A stretch of 64,000 nt of DNA, from contig CAWHVM010000003.1 of NCBI GenBank assembly GCA_963832755.1, forward strand, positions 521,420 through 585,419. The letters run 5' to 3'. Positions 46,280 to 55,113 of the stretch are shown piece by piece. The notes under the pieces were generated by a model. The model was given only the letters and a program-made list of their open reading frames with translations, ran no database searches and was not told the origin of the DNA. Made by a program: the position numbers and the translations under genes. The stretch comes from an uncultured Acidobacteriaceae bacterium. Its GTDB lineage: Bacteria > Acidobacteriota > Terriglobia > Terriglobales > Acidobacteriaceae. Positions within the stretch are counted from its first letter, which is position 1. Each line of letters begins with the position of its first letter.

Positions 46280-48100
46280 CTACTGAAGAATCGTCACCAC
46301 GCCCCTCCCGCCATCCACGCGAACGCGCTGACCGTCTTTGACCTTCTGCGTAGCTGTGCCTGTACCCACCACTGCCGGCAATCCATATTCCCGCGCCACG
46401 ATCGCCGCGTGGCTCATCGAGCCGCCGATGTCGGAGACGGCTGCCGCAATCTTTTGAAAAACCGGCGCCCAACTCGGGTTGGTAACGTGGCAGACCAGAA
46501 TGTCGCCACGGCGCAGGCGATCAATTTCGTCCACCGACATCACCACCCGGGCAACGCCCTCGACTACGCCGTTGGAAGCGGCGAATCCCTTGATCTCATT
46601 GGAATCCGGCTTCTCGCCGGCGGCCAGCCATGAATCCAGGTTTTCACGCGTAATGCCCCACAGCATGACAATGGCCGGATCATCAATGACATCGGGCACC
46701 GGTCCCAGCGCGGGCGGAGTTTCGTGCTTGGCCCACTCGGCAATCGCCGCTTTGCGCTCATTCACGATCGGCGTCCAGCGTGCGGGACCACGTGGCGCAG
46801 ACCCGTTCGACCAGGAGATCATGAGATCGATAATCGCCGCCTCGACTTCGTAGTGCGTAAGGTGAAAAACGTCCTCGGCGCTGGGGAAGAAGCCACGCTC
46901 GGCCAATAGCGCCCCGAATTCCCGAATCTTGTTAAAGAACAGATTGGTGTACCAATGCTCACAATAGAATTTGTGCCCTTCGACATAGGGGAACACACGA
47001 TGCGTGAGTTGGATCATCTGGTCATACGCGGCGCGGTCCTGGTCGCTATTGAGCAGGTCGCGGTAGGCGTTAATGAGCTGCTGGCGTTCCGCCATCAGTT
47101 TGGCGATCGGCCGCTCGATACGCTCGCCGGCTTTAAGGTTGGCGATGTAACCGGGCAGCGAGGCGAAGGGCATCGAGAGATCGTCGTTCCAAGAACGATG
47201 GTAGTGGTAGAAGCCGTCGCCAACGTTGATGTTGAACCAGGGGTCGCGCGAGACGGCCAGTTCTTCGAGCCACTTCCGGCCAGATTCGGACCGCTCCATA
47301 GATCGGATAATTTCTCCGGGAGCGACGCCGTCGCGGAAAAGGTGATCTACGCCTAGTTCGATGGCGCATTTGGCGAGACGCCTGAGTTCGTCGTCGGGAC
47401 GAAAGATTTCCGCTTCCATGCCTGCCACCATGCGGGCCACCGTCTGGTCGCTGATTTCCGGGAATGCCTTTTTACAGAAATCGAAGAACGTAAGATAGGC
47501 GCCGTAACCGAGCAGCAGAAACTCGAAGTGATGGTGCCACATGCGGAAGTAGCCTTCGAGGGTCTTTTGGTAAATGTCGAGGAGGTAGTGGTTAGACGCG
47601 ATGCCGCGTCCCGCGTGCACGTGCTCCAGAGGTTCGAACTCGGGCAGCACAAGCTTCGGCAGCGCCTCGGCTTCCCGGATCAGAGCCAGCATCTTGTTTT
47701 TCCATTGCGCAAATAGTTCTTCCCAGTGTTCGTAGTAATAGAAAGCCCGTTGCTGGAATTCCTTTGTGCGCCGCGCGATTTCGGCGGGATCGGTTACGGA
47801 GTTGCCGCCGATGTAGATCCGTCCGTTGATGATGCGATAGTCAATTCCCAGCGTCGTCGGTAGGCTGTGCACGCGCGTGTTGGCCGCGCCCAAGGCGCAA
47901 TAAGCGGCTTCCGCGGTGGTGACATCGAAAGCGCTCATTGGTTCCGGGAAATGCATGGAGTTGTAAAACCAGAAGCGTTCGTCATCTTCCTTGGCGAACT
48001 GCATGTAATAGGGATAGGCGGCTTGCGCCGTTTCCGTGCCCGGGATGACCTTCAAGGAACTCGGAAGCGGAAACCCTCGAGCTTTGACGGTTGTGCTCAT
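46280..48100 (-). CDS. PEP-utilising-enzyme mobile-domain subunit (phenylphosphate-synthase alpha, PpsA-like)
   Basis: Start trimmed to MSTTVKARGFPLPSS. The C-terminus GVVEGVARVV...GDILVCHVTNPSWAPVFQKIAAAVSDIGGSMSHAAIVAREYGLPAVVG carries the phospho-histidine swivel domain. 606 aa. Confidence 0.85.
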   Translation of the reverse strand: MSTTVKARGFPLPSSLKVIPGTETAQAAYPYYMQFAKEDDERFWFYNSMHFPEPMSAFDVTTAEAAYCALGAANTRVHSLPTTLGIDYRIINGRIYIGGNSVTDPAEIARRTKEFQQRAFYYYEHWEELFAQWKNKMLALIREAEALPKLVLPEFEPLEHVHAGRGIASNHYLLDIYQKTLEGYFRMWHHHFEFLLLGYGAYLTFFDFCKKAFPEISDQTVARMVAGMEAEIFRPDDELRRLAKCAIELGVDHLFRDGVAPGEIIRSMERSESGRKWLEELAVSRDPWFNINVGDGFYHYHRSWNDDLSMPFASLPGYIANLKAGERIERPIAKLMAERQQLINAYRDLLNSDQDRAAYDQMIQLTHRVFPYVEGHKFYCEHWYTNLFFNKIREFGALLAERGFFPSAEDVFHLTHYEVEAAIIDLMISWSNGSAPRGPARWTPIVNERKAAIAEWAKHETPPALGPVPDVIDDPAIVMLWGITRENLDSWLAAGEKPDSNEIKGFAASNGVVEGVARVVMSVDEIDRLRRGDILVCHVTNPSWAPVFQKIAAAVSDIGGSMSHAAIVAREYGLPAVVGTGTATQKVKDGQRVRVDGGRGVVTILQ

Positions 48101-48221
48101 GCGTGCCTTCTGATCGCCGGCTTCGTTTCGCGCGGAGATTATACCCCGACCCGCAACGCTCTTTGCAGACAGTTTCGCCTGGATGCGCGATGAATCCAGT
48201 TGCAGGAGCCGACAACGGAGA

Positions 48222-48755
48222 TCATCGGCGTCCATTTCGTGAGCCGGCGAAGCCCCGATCAAGAGGCGCGCGGCTTTCGTCATTGTTCAGGTGAACGAAT
48301 TTCTTCAGAAGCTGCATAAAAATCTTTTGCTCTTCGCGGTTCAGCGCCTGCAGCAGGCGGCTGGCGAGAAAGGCGCTGCGGGGAATGAGCTTTTTCACGA
48401 GGGCAGCCCCTCTCGGACTCAGGTGAAGTAGGCGAAAGCGTTTGCTCTTCATCGGCATCATCCTGAGCACAAGTCCCCGCTCTTCCAGCCGCACCGCAAG
48501 ATCTGCGGCGGTGGAAGTATCGAGCGCACAAAACTTCGCCAGCGTGACTTGATCAATCCCCGGGTGCTCCTGAAGAACTCGGAGCACGCAATATTGGATG
48601 GGAGTTACTCCGTTGCCCATCGTCGAGTGAAACAACGAAACCGCGATCTGCTGAGCGCGCCGGATCAAGTGGCCCGGTTCGTCGTACACTTCGCCAATGG
48701 CCCCGTTGTTCCGGCGAAGGTTAGGCGTGGAAGATCGTTTGGCAGTAAGGCTCAT
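48222..48755 (-). CDS. MarR-family transcriptional regulator
   Basis: Start trimmed to MSLTAKRSS. Winged helix ...PIQYCVLRVLQEHPGIDQVTLAKFCALDTSTAADLAVRLEERGLV. Divergent from the Fcs-like ligase and upstream of the PpsA-like gene. Confidence 0.85.
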   Translation of the reverse strand: MSLTAKRSSTPNLRRNNGAIGEVYDEPGHLIRRAQQIAVSLFHSTMGNGVTPIQYCVLRVLQEHPGIDQVTLAKFCALDTSTAADLAVRLEERGLVLRMMPMKSKRFRLLHLSPRGAALVKKLIPRSAFLASRLLQALNREEQKIFMQLLKKFVHLNNDESRAPLDRGFAGSRNGRR

Positions 48756-48798
48756 GCTGGCACTATTGTAAGAGAAGACAGTCGGCTCGTCCCACCGC

Positions 48799-50709
48799 TT
48801 GCCGGGCTGGGATACATCCATTAAGCTCATCCCATTGAGTACACTGAACCATAGTACGAGGTTTGAACACGTTCCGCACCGGCCGGTGCGTTTCTTTTCG
48901 CCGGGGGTTGAGGTGATTCGCCGTGCGGACGGCAGTTTGCGGATGCGCTCCGTAGAACCCTTGCAGAATTACGACTCTCGCGTGGGGGATTGGCTGGACC
49001 GCTGGGCGGCGGAAGCACCCGATCGCATCTTCATCGTCGAGCAGACTCCAAACGGAGAGCGCAGCATCGCTTACGGAGAAGCGCGGGAGTCGGTGCTGTT
49101 TCTGGCCGAGGGATTGCTCGGCTATGGGCTCGGTCCAGAGCGACCGCTCGCCATTCTCGCTGAAAATGGAATTGATCACGCCCTCATCATGTTGGCCGCG
49201 CTTTATGTAGGTATCCCGGTCGCCCCCATCGCCCCTGCTTACGCCCTTCAATCGATCGATTATGTGAAGCTGTCCCATGCTTTTAAGTTGCTGACCCCCG
49301 GAATGGTGGTGGCCGATGACGGCGCGCTTTACGACAAACCGATTGAACACGCTCTGAACGCTGATATTCCGCTGATCGCTCTCCGCAACGCTGTGGCATC
49401 CACGAAATGGTGCGACCTGGCGTCGCTCAAAGGGGATGGAAGTCATCAGGATGAGGTGCGCGCAGCAGCGGCGCGGGTTGATCGGCAAACGATCGCCAAG
49501 TTTCTGTTCACCTCCGGCTCCACGGGCATGCCAAAAGTCGTCGTCAACACGCATGGCATGATCTGCAGCAACTCGCAGATGAAGCGGCAGGTGGCGCCGT
49601 GCCTGGTGGAAGAACCGCCCGTGATGGTCGATTGGGCTCCGTGGAACCATACCGCGGGCAGCAACAGCAATTTCAGCATCATCCTTCACAATGGCGGCAC
49701 GCTGTATATCGACCCCGGAAAGCCGACTCCCGCGAGGTTTGCCGCCAGCCTGGAACTTCTGCGACGAGTATCGCCGACCATCTACTTCAATGTGCCCCGC
49801 GGCTACGAGCTGTTGGTTCCGCACCTGGAGGCCGACCGCGCTTTTCGCGAGCATTTTTTCCGTCGGCTGAAATTTCTGTGGTATGCCGCGGCGTCGATGC
49901 AGCCGGCGACCTGGTTCGATCTGGAACGGCTTGCCGTGGAAACGGTCGGGCACAGGATTCTAACCGTGAGCGGCCTCGGCATGACCGAGACCGCGCCCAT
50001 TGCGCTCTTCGGCAACGCCAAAGCAAATGGCCCGGGGGTGGTCGGCATACCGGTCGCGGGCGTCGAACTCAAGCTCATCCCCGACGACAACAGCTTTGAA
50101 GTGCGGTATCGAGGCCCGAACGTCACTCCAGGCTACTGGCGCGATCCCGCGGCAACCGCGGCTGTTTTCGATGAGGAAGGCTTCCTGCGCTCCGGCGATT
50201 TGCTGAGTTTTATCGATCCGGAGCGGCCGCAGGCGGGTCTGCGTTTCGATGGCAGGATGAATGAAGTTTTCAAGCTGGATTCGGGCACCAAGGTCAGCGC
50301 CGGCAAGTTGCGCCTGGACGCGCTGGATATGCTGCGCCCGCTGGCGCAGGAAGTGGTGGTCGCCGGAGCTGGCCGCAAAGATGTGCGCATTCTTATCTTT
50401 CCCGACTGGGAGGTGTGCGCCGCCACAGCTGGCTTAGATGGCGCCGCTAGACCCGCACAAATCGCCGCCAACTCAACTGTCCGGGCGATGTTCTACGAAC
50501 GCCTCGCCAAAGTCTACTCTGCCGGAACCGGCAGCTCCAACCGCATCGTGGCTGGGCTGCTGGTGGAAGACCCACCATCAAGCGCGGCTGGCGAGCTAAC
50601 GGAGAAAGGCACGGTGAACAGTCGCGCCTTGCAGCGGAACCGGCCCGAACTTCTCGAAGCTTTGTTCGGAGATACAGATGAACGAGTGTTGCGTGTAGGA
50701 CGCGCTTAA
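48799..50709 (+). CDS. fcs: feruloyl-CoA-synthetase-like AMP-dependent ligase (start uncertain; TTG at 48799 or 48835)
   Basis: N-terminal ...VEVIRRADGSLRMRSVEPLQNYDSRVGDWLDRWAAEAPDRIFI resembles Fcs-type hydroxycinnamate-CoA ligases. Also FTSGSTGMPKVV and GLGMTE. About 625-636 aa. Confidence 0.75.
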   Translation: MPGWDTSIKLIPLSTLNHSTRFEHVPHRPVRFFSPGVEVIRRADGSLRMRSVEPLQNYDSRVGDWLDRWAAEAPDRIFIVEQTPNGERSIAYGEARESVLFLAEGLLGYGLGPERPLAILAENGIDHALIMLAALYVGIPVAPIAPAYALQSIDYVKLSHAFKLLTPGMVVADDGALYDKPIEHALNADIPLIALRNAVASTKWCDLASLKGDGSHQDEVRAAAARVDRQTIAKFLFTSGSTGMPKVVVNTHGMICSNSQMKRQVAPCLVEEPPVMVDWAPWNHTAGSNSNFSIILHNGGTLYIDPGKPTPARFAASLELLRRVSPTIYFNVPRGYELLVPHLEADRAFREHFFRRLKFLWYAAASMQPATWFDLERLAVETVGHRILTVSGLGMTETAPIALFGNAKANGPGVVGIPVAGVELKLIPDDNSFEVRYRGPNVTPGYWRDPAATAAVFDEEGFLRSGDLLSFIDPERPQAGLRFDGRMNEVFKLDSGTKVSAGKLRLDALDMLRPLAQEVVVAGAGRKDVRILIFPDWEVCAATAGLDGAARPAQIAANSTVRAMFYERLAKVYSAGTGSSNRIVAGLLVEDPPSSAAGELTEKGTVNSRALQRNRPELLEALFGDTDERVLRVGRA

Positions 50710-50798
50710 TCTCAATCGGGTTCCAGGGGGAAATCCCCTGTATTCTGCTGGGGCTACGCAACAGATCCATCTTTAGCATATGACAAAATTGGTACATG

Positions 50799-50812
50799 TT
50801 CCGTATACTGAA
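50799..50812. promoter_or_regulatory. near-palindrome TTCCGTATACTGAA overlapping a -10-like TATACT, upstream of ligM
   Basis: 13/14 match to the perfect palindrome at 53148-53161. ATGACA (50780-50785)-N18-TATACT (50804-50809) looks like a sigma-70-type promoter. Lies 47 nt upstream of the ligM ATG. Confidence 0.42.
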
Positions 50813-50858
50813 CGCCGCCTAGATTCTCGCATGATGTATCAAGAGATGGGGTGCTGAG

Positions 50859-52256
50859 ATGAAACCGAACAGTCTGGAAGATTTGCTGCAGACGGTGGCA
50901 AGCCCCGTGACGATGTTGCGCAATTCACAGATCGGCGCTTACGTCTATCCGGTGGTTCCGTACGAGTACTCCAATTGGCGCGACGAACAACGCGCCTGGC
51001 GCGAGACCGCGGTTCTCTTCGACCAGTCGCACCATATGGTGAACATCTACGTCGAAGGCCGCGATGCGCTGCGAATGTTCTCCCATCTCGCAACCAACAG
51101 TTTTGCAAACTTCCCCGTCAATCGCGCCAAACAATTCGCACCTTGCACCTACGATGGCTTTGTCATCGGCGACGGCATTCTCTTTCATCTGGAAGAAAAC
51201 CGGCTGGTTTTTGTGGGGCGCGCGCCGGCCGCCAACTGGATTCAGTTTCACGCTGAAACCGGCGGCTATGCCGTGAAAATCGAAAAGGACGACAGGTCCC
51301 CTTCCAATCCGAAAGGCAAGGCTGTTTTTCGCAGCTGCTACCGTTACCAGATTCAAGGCCCGAATGCGCTGCAGATTCTGGAAAAACTGAACCGCGGGCC
51401 GGTCCCCGAGATCAAGTTCTTCCACATGGGTGCGATCAACATCGCCGGACGCAAGGTCCGCGCGCTGCGCCACGGCATGGCCGGCGCTCCTGGGCTTGAG
51501 ATCTGGGGGCCATACGAGGAGCGCGAGGAGATTCGGGCGGCGATTGTTGATGCGGGCAGCGATTTTGGCCTTTACGAAGTCGGAGCCAGAGCTTACTCCA
51601 CCAATACCCTGGAATCGGGATGGATTCCGTCTCCGCTTCCTGCGGTCTACACCGGCGAGAAGATGAAGGCCTACAGGCAGTGGCTGCCTGCCACCAGCTA
51701 CGAAGGAACGGGTTCGATCGGCGGCAGCTTCGAGTCCGATGACATCGAGAACTATTACATGTCGCCATTTGCTCTGGGTTATGGGCCGTTCATCAAATTC
51801 GACCACGATTTCGTCGGGAAAGAAGCGCTCCAGAAAATGGCCGGCGAACCGCAGAGGAGGAAGGTGACCTTCGCCTGGAATGCCGAGGATGTATTGAAGA
51901 TTTTCGCATCGATGTTTGAGGCGGGCGACATTTACAAGTATATCGATCTGCCGCAATCAAACTATACGTCCGCCTCCTACGACAAGGTCCTATCGGGAGG
52001 AAAAACGGTCGGGTTCTCCATGTTCGCGGGTTACAGCTATAACGAGCGCTCGATGCTCTCTCTGGGAGTCGTTGATCCGGATGTTGAAACCGGCACGGAA
52101 GTCAGGCTTGTATGGGGTGAGGCCGGAGGCGGCACGAAGAAGATCACCGTCGAGAGGCATAAACAAACGGAGATTCGTGCCATCGTCAGCCCGGTGCCTT
52201 ATTCCAAAGTCGCACGAGAGACATATGCAAGAGGATGGCGGACGGTTCAAGTGTGA
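50859..52256 (+). CDS. ligM: tetrahydrofolate-dependent aryl O-demethylase (vanillate/3-O-methylgallate O-demethylase, GcvT-fold)
   Basis: MLRNSQIGAYVYPVVPYEYSNWRDEQRAWRETAVLFDQSHHM...GRAPAANWIQFHAETGGYAVKIEKDDRSPSNP...LRHGMAGAPGLEIWGPYE...NTLESGWIPSPLPAVYTGEKMKAYRQWL. This is closely collinear with Sphingobium SYK-6 LigM as I remember it. Confidence 0.88.
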   Translation: MKPNSLEDLLQTVASPVTMLRNSQIGAYVYPVVPYEYSNWRDEQRAWRETAVLFDQSHHMVNIYVEGRDALRMFSHLATNSFANFPVNRAKQFAPCTYDGFVIGDGILFHLEENRLVFVGRAPAANWIQFHAETGGYAVKIEKDDRSPSNPKGKAVFRSCYRYQIQGPNALQILEKLNRGPVPEIKFFHMGAINIAGRKVRALRHGMAGAPGLEIWGPYEEREEIRAAIVDAGSDFGLYEVGARAYSTNTLESGWIPSPLPAVYTGEKMKAYRQWLPATSYEGTGSIGGSFESDDIENYYMSPFALGYGPFIKFDHDFVGKEALQKMAGEPQRRKVTFAWNAEDVLKIFASMFEAGDIYKYIDLPQSNYTSASYDKVLSGGKTVGFSMFAGYSYNERSMLSLGVVDPDVETGTEVRLVWGEAGGGTKKITVERHKQTEIRAIVSPVPYSKVARETYARGWRTVQV

Positions 52257-53140
52257 GAAGAAGATGTAGACGGTGCCGATAGAGACCTTTCGGCAGCAAT
52301 CCAATCCATAGTTTTTCTAAAGCCGCCAAAAATGTAGAAGTGCAGACCCGCGATGCCGAGCTTCCTGCCATCGCCGTCCGCCATAGAGGCCGCAAGTCCG
52401 CGGATAATCGGTTCGGGCCCTCTCTCCACGAGAATCTTGGCGAAGGATGGGTTTTCCTTCAGGACGTGCAGCGAGTTGCCTACTCCGCAGCGCACGGCAT
52501 ACCGCATGAGGGTTAACAAGCTGGCCGGGCCGGCCAACCCAATTCGTATCGGAACCTCTATACCGCGCGCCCGAACTGCTCGCACCCATTCGATCACGGG
52601 TTCAGCTTTGAAACAGAATTGCGTAATGATCGAAAGTTTCAGCCCCTCCGTGCGCGCGAAGCTGACTTTTGCCGCGAGCGCTTCATCCAGGATCTTCTCA
52701 GAGATGTGAGGGTTGCCTTCGGGAAAACCGCCGACCGCCATGCGAGTGATGCCGACTCTTTGAAACGCGCCGGTTTGCATGACCGCCAGGCTGCTGTCGT
52801 AGGGTCCGGCCGGTGTGGCCCGGTCGCCCCCGATGATCAGAATGCGATCCACGCCTGCATCCTTCAATTGCCCTGCCAGCCGCTGGAGCTGTGCCGCGCT
52901 CTGCAGATGACGCGCGCCCACGTGCGGTGTGGGGATGTGACCTGCACGCTTCAAACTTGCGGCCGGCGCGATCATATCCATTGGGTTTGATCCGGGAATC
53001 CAGGCCAGGGAGACTTCGGTGCCGGGATCGAGACGTTCTGCCGCTGCCTGCAAAGTTTTGGCGTCGCCCGGATTCAACTCAATCGAGTGGCCGCGCAGAA
53101 GTTCAATGACCGAAGCAGTTACAGAGTCTATGGCAGGCAT
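52247..53140 (-). CDS. metF: 5,10-methylenetetrahydrofolate reductase
   Basis: 297 aa. ...VDRILIIGGDRATPAGPYDSS...FPEGNPH...IITQFCF. Convergent with ligM, with the 3-prime ends overlapping by 10 nt. Confidence 0.85.
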   Translation of the reverse strand: MPAIDSVTASVIELLRGHSIELNPGDAKTLQAAAERLDPGTEVSLAWIPGSNPMDMIAPAASLKRAGHIPTPHVGARHLQSAAQLQRLAGQLKDAGVDRILIIGGDRATPAGPYDSSLAVMQTGAFQRVGITRMAVGGFPEGNPHISEKILDEALAAKVSFARTEGLKLSIITQFCFKAEPVIEWVRAVRARGIEVPIRIGLAGPASLLTLMRYAVRCGVGNSLHVLKENPSFAKILVERGPEPIIRGLAASMADGDGRKLGIAGLHFYIFGGFRKTMDWIAAERSLSAPSTSSSHT

Positions 53141-53147
53141 TGCAATA

Positions 53148-53161
53148 TTCAGTATACTGAA
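53148..53161. promoter_or_regulatory. perfect 14-bp palindrome TTCAGTATACTGAA between metF and the extradiol dioxygenase operon
   Basis: Lies 8 nt upstream of the metF ATG and 173 nt upstream of the dioxygenase ATG. Embeds TATACT on both strands. ATGGCA (53130-53135)-N17-TATACT is present on the plus strand. Confidence 0.45.
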
Positions 53162-53333
53162 TGCCGGTACATTTGCTCATGCGATCTGAGTATTGTCAAG
53201 CACGATGTTTGCATCCGTGCTTCTCGGTGCACCGAATCTGTAGGGAACAATTGGCCCCTTTCAGTTTGACAACTTGTTCGCGATCAGAGCTATAGTGAGT
53301 GTGCTTAACCCTTCTGCGAGGGGACCGTGGCGG

Positions 53334-54401
53334 ATGTCCCAGCGAGCCGGCAACGAAGGAAGCAATCGTCGAATCAGCCGCGCTCCCAAAGGTGGAATTG
53401 TGGAACACGAGCCGATCCTGGATCTCGCTCATCTCGGCCACTTGGAACTTCTCACTCCCAAGCTGGAAGAGAGCCTGCGGTTTTTCGTGCAGGTTATGGG
53501 CATGACCGAGAGCGGCCGGCAGGGCGACTCGGTCTACTTGCACGCCTATGACGATTATGAGCGGCATTCTCTGAAGCTCACGGCATCCAAACTGCCGGGC
53601 TTGGGCCATGTAGCTTATCGCGCACGAAGTCCGCAAGCGCTCGAACGGCGCGTGGCGGCTCTCAAAGGGTCGGGCTTTGACATAGGCTGGACAGAAGACG
53701 ACCTGGCGCATGGCCCGGCGTTTCTCTGCCAGGACCCGGACGGACACAGAATCGAGCTTTACTACGAAACCCAGTGGTATGAGGCGCCGCCTGAGTTGCG
53801 GCCTGCACTCAAGAACCAGGCGCAGAAATTTCCAGCGCGTGGCATCAATGTGCGCCGCCTCGACCATTGGAATGGGCTCGCGGCCGATGTTAAAGCGAAC
53901 CGCGAGTTTTTCGAAAAGTACCTAGGCTTTCGTTTGACCGAGCAAATTGTCATGGACGACGGCTCGGAAGCCGGCATGTGGATGACGTGTACGAACAAGA
54001 GCTACGATTTCGCCTACACGCGCGACCACACCGGCACGAAGGGGCGTTTCCACCATATAACCTATGCCGTCAATAGTCGTGAAGAAGTTCTGCTTGCGGC
54101 CGATATCTGCCTGGAAAATGGCGTTTACATTGAAACCGGTCCGCATAAGCATGCCATTCAACAAACCTTCTTCTTATATGTTTACGAACCTGGGGGCAAC
54201 CGCGTTGAGATTGCCAATGCCGGCGCACGTCTGATTTTGGCGCCGGACTGGAAGCCAATCCGGTGGAGCGAAGCGGAACGGAAGAAAGGACAAGCCTGGG
54301 GACTCAAGACGATCGAATCGTTCCATACCTACGGAACGCCGCCGGTGGAGTGCGCAAACAAAGACGTTGCCGCAAGGTCAAATACGAAACACAATGAATA
54401 G
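53334..54401 (+). CDS. type I (vicinal-oxygen-chelate) extradiol ring-cleavage dioxygenase, catechol-2,3-dioxygenase-like
   Basis: LAHLGHLELLTPKLEESLRFF...GLGHVAYR...HITYAV...GPHKHAIQQTFFLYVYEPGGNRVE. The start is uncertain (ATG 53334, or a downstream GTG in IVEHEP). Confidence 0.85.
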   Translation: MSQRAGNEGSNRRISRAPKGGIVEHEPILDLAHLGHLELLTPKLEESLRFFVQVMGMTESGRQGDSVYLHAYDDYERHSLKLTASKLPGLGHVAYRARSPQALERRVAALKGSGFDIGWTEDDLAHGPAFLCQDPDGHRIELYYETQWYEAPPELRPALKNQAQKFPARGINVRRLDHWNGLAADVKANREFFEKYLGFRLTEQIVMDDGSEAGMWMTCTNKSYDFAYTRDHTGTKGRFHHITYAVNSREEVLLAADICLENGVYIETGPHKHAIQQTFFLYVYEPGGNRVEIANAGARLILAPDWKPIRWSEAERKKGQAWGLKTIESFHTYGTPPVECANKDVAARSNTKHNE

Positions 54402-55113
54402 CAAACGCACAGCCCTCGTCGTGAGCGCCCATTCGGCAGATTTTGTGTGGCGGGCAGGCGGAGCAATCGCATTGTATGCCGGCCGCGGCTGGGACGTTAC
54501 GGTTGTTTGTCTGTCGTTCGGGGAGCGCGGCGAATCGGCGAAACTGTGGCGCGAGCCCGGTATGACGATGGAGAAAGTCAAGAGCAACAGGAAAGATGAG
54601 GCAACGCGCGCGGCGGAAATTCTTGGGGCCAAGGTGATTTTCTTCGATGTTGGCGATTATCCCATGAGAATTCCTGACAGTATGCTTTACGAACTAGCTG
54701 CGCTATACCGAAAGATTCGCCCGGAGTTTGTGCTCACGCACTCACTGAAAGATCCTTACAATTTCGATCATCCGCTGGTTTCTCATGCGGCACAGGAGGC
54801 GCGCATCGTGGCGCAGGCGCATGGACACGAACCGGGCACGCCGGTAATCGGCGCGCCGCCGGTATTCCTGTTCGAACCACACCAGCCGGAACAGTGTGAA
54901 TTTAAGCCGCAAGTACTGCTTGATATCACTCCGGTTTGGCCCAAAAAATATGAGGCCTTCAAAGCCATGAACGCCCAGGAGCATCTCTGGCACTACTACG
55001 AGAGGGTTGCCCTGCAGCGCGGTGTGCAGGCCTCGCGCAATTCCAATCGCACCATCCAGTATGGAGAAGCCTATCAGCGCGTATTTCCGCAGGTCACGGA
55101 GGAACTCGCATGA
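54394..55113 (+). CDS. galB: LmbE/PIG-L-fold zinc hydrolase-like protein, GalB-type 4-oxalomesaconate hydratase candidate
   Basis: [28 protein letters not shown]...[12 protein letters not shown]. The ATG overlaps the dioxygenase stop by 8 nt. Its position directly before the aldolase and tautomerase genes mirrors the Pseudomonas putida gal cluster. Confidence 0.72.
   Translation: MNSKRTALVVSAHSADFVWRAGGAIALYAGRGWDVTVVCLSFGERGESAKLWREPGMTMEKVKSNRKDEATRAAEILGAKVIFFDVGDYPMRIPDSMLYELAALYRKIRPEFVLTHSLKDPYNFDHPLVSHAAQEARIVAQAHGHEPGTPVIGAPPVFLFEPHQPEQCEFKPQVLLDITPVWPKKYEAFKAMNAQEHLWHYYERVALQRGVQASRNSNRTIQYGEAYQRVFPQVTEELA

Noticed and set aside
48763-51956. Long minus-strand ORFs (48763-49953, 396 aa; 50925-51956, 343 aa) opposite the Fcs-like and ligM genes
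   Set aside because: Both lie antisense to strongly supported genes. Their composition is shadow-frame-like (R/G/A/V/P rich) and no domains are visible.
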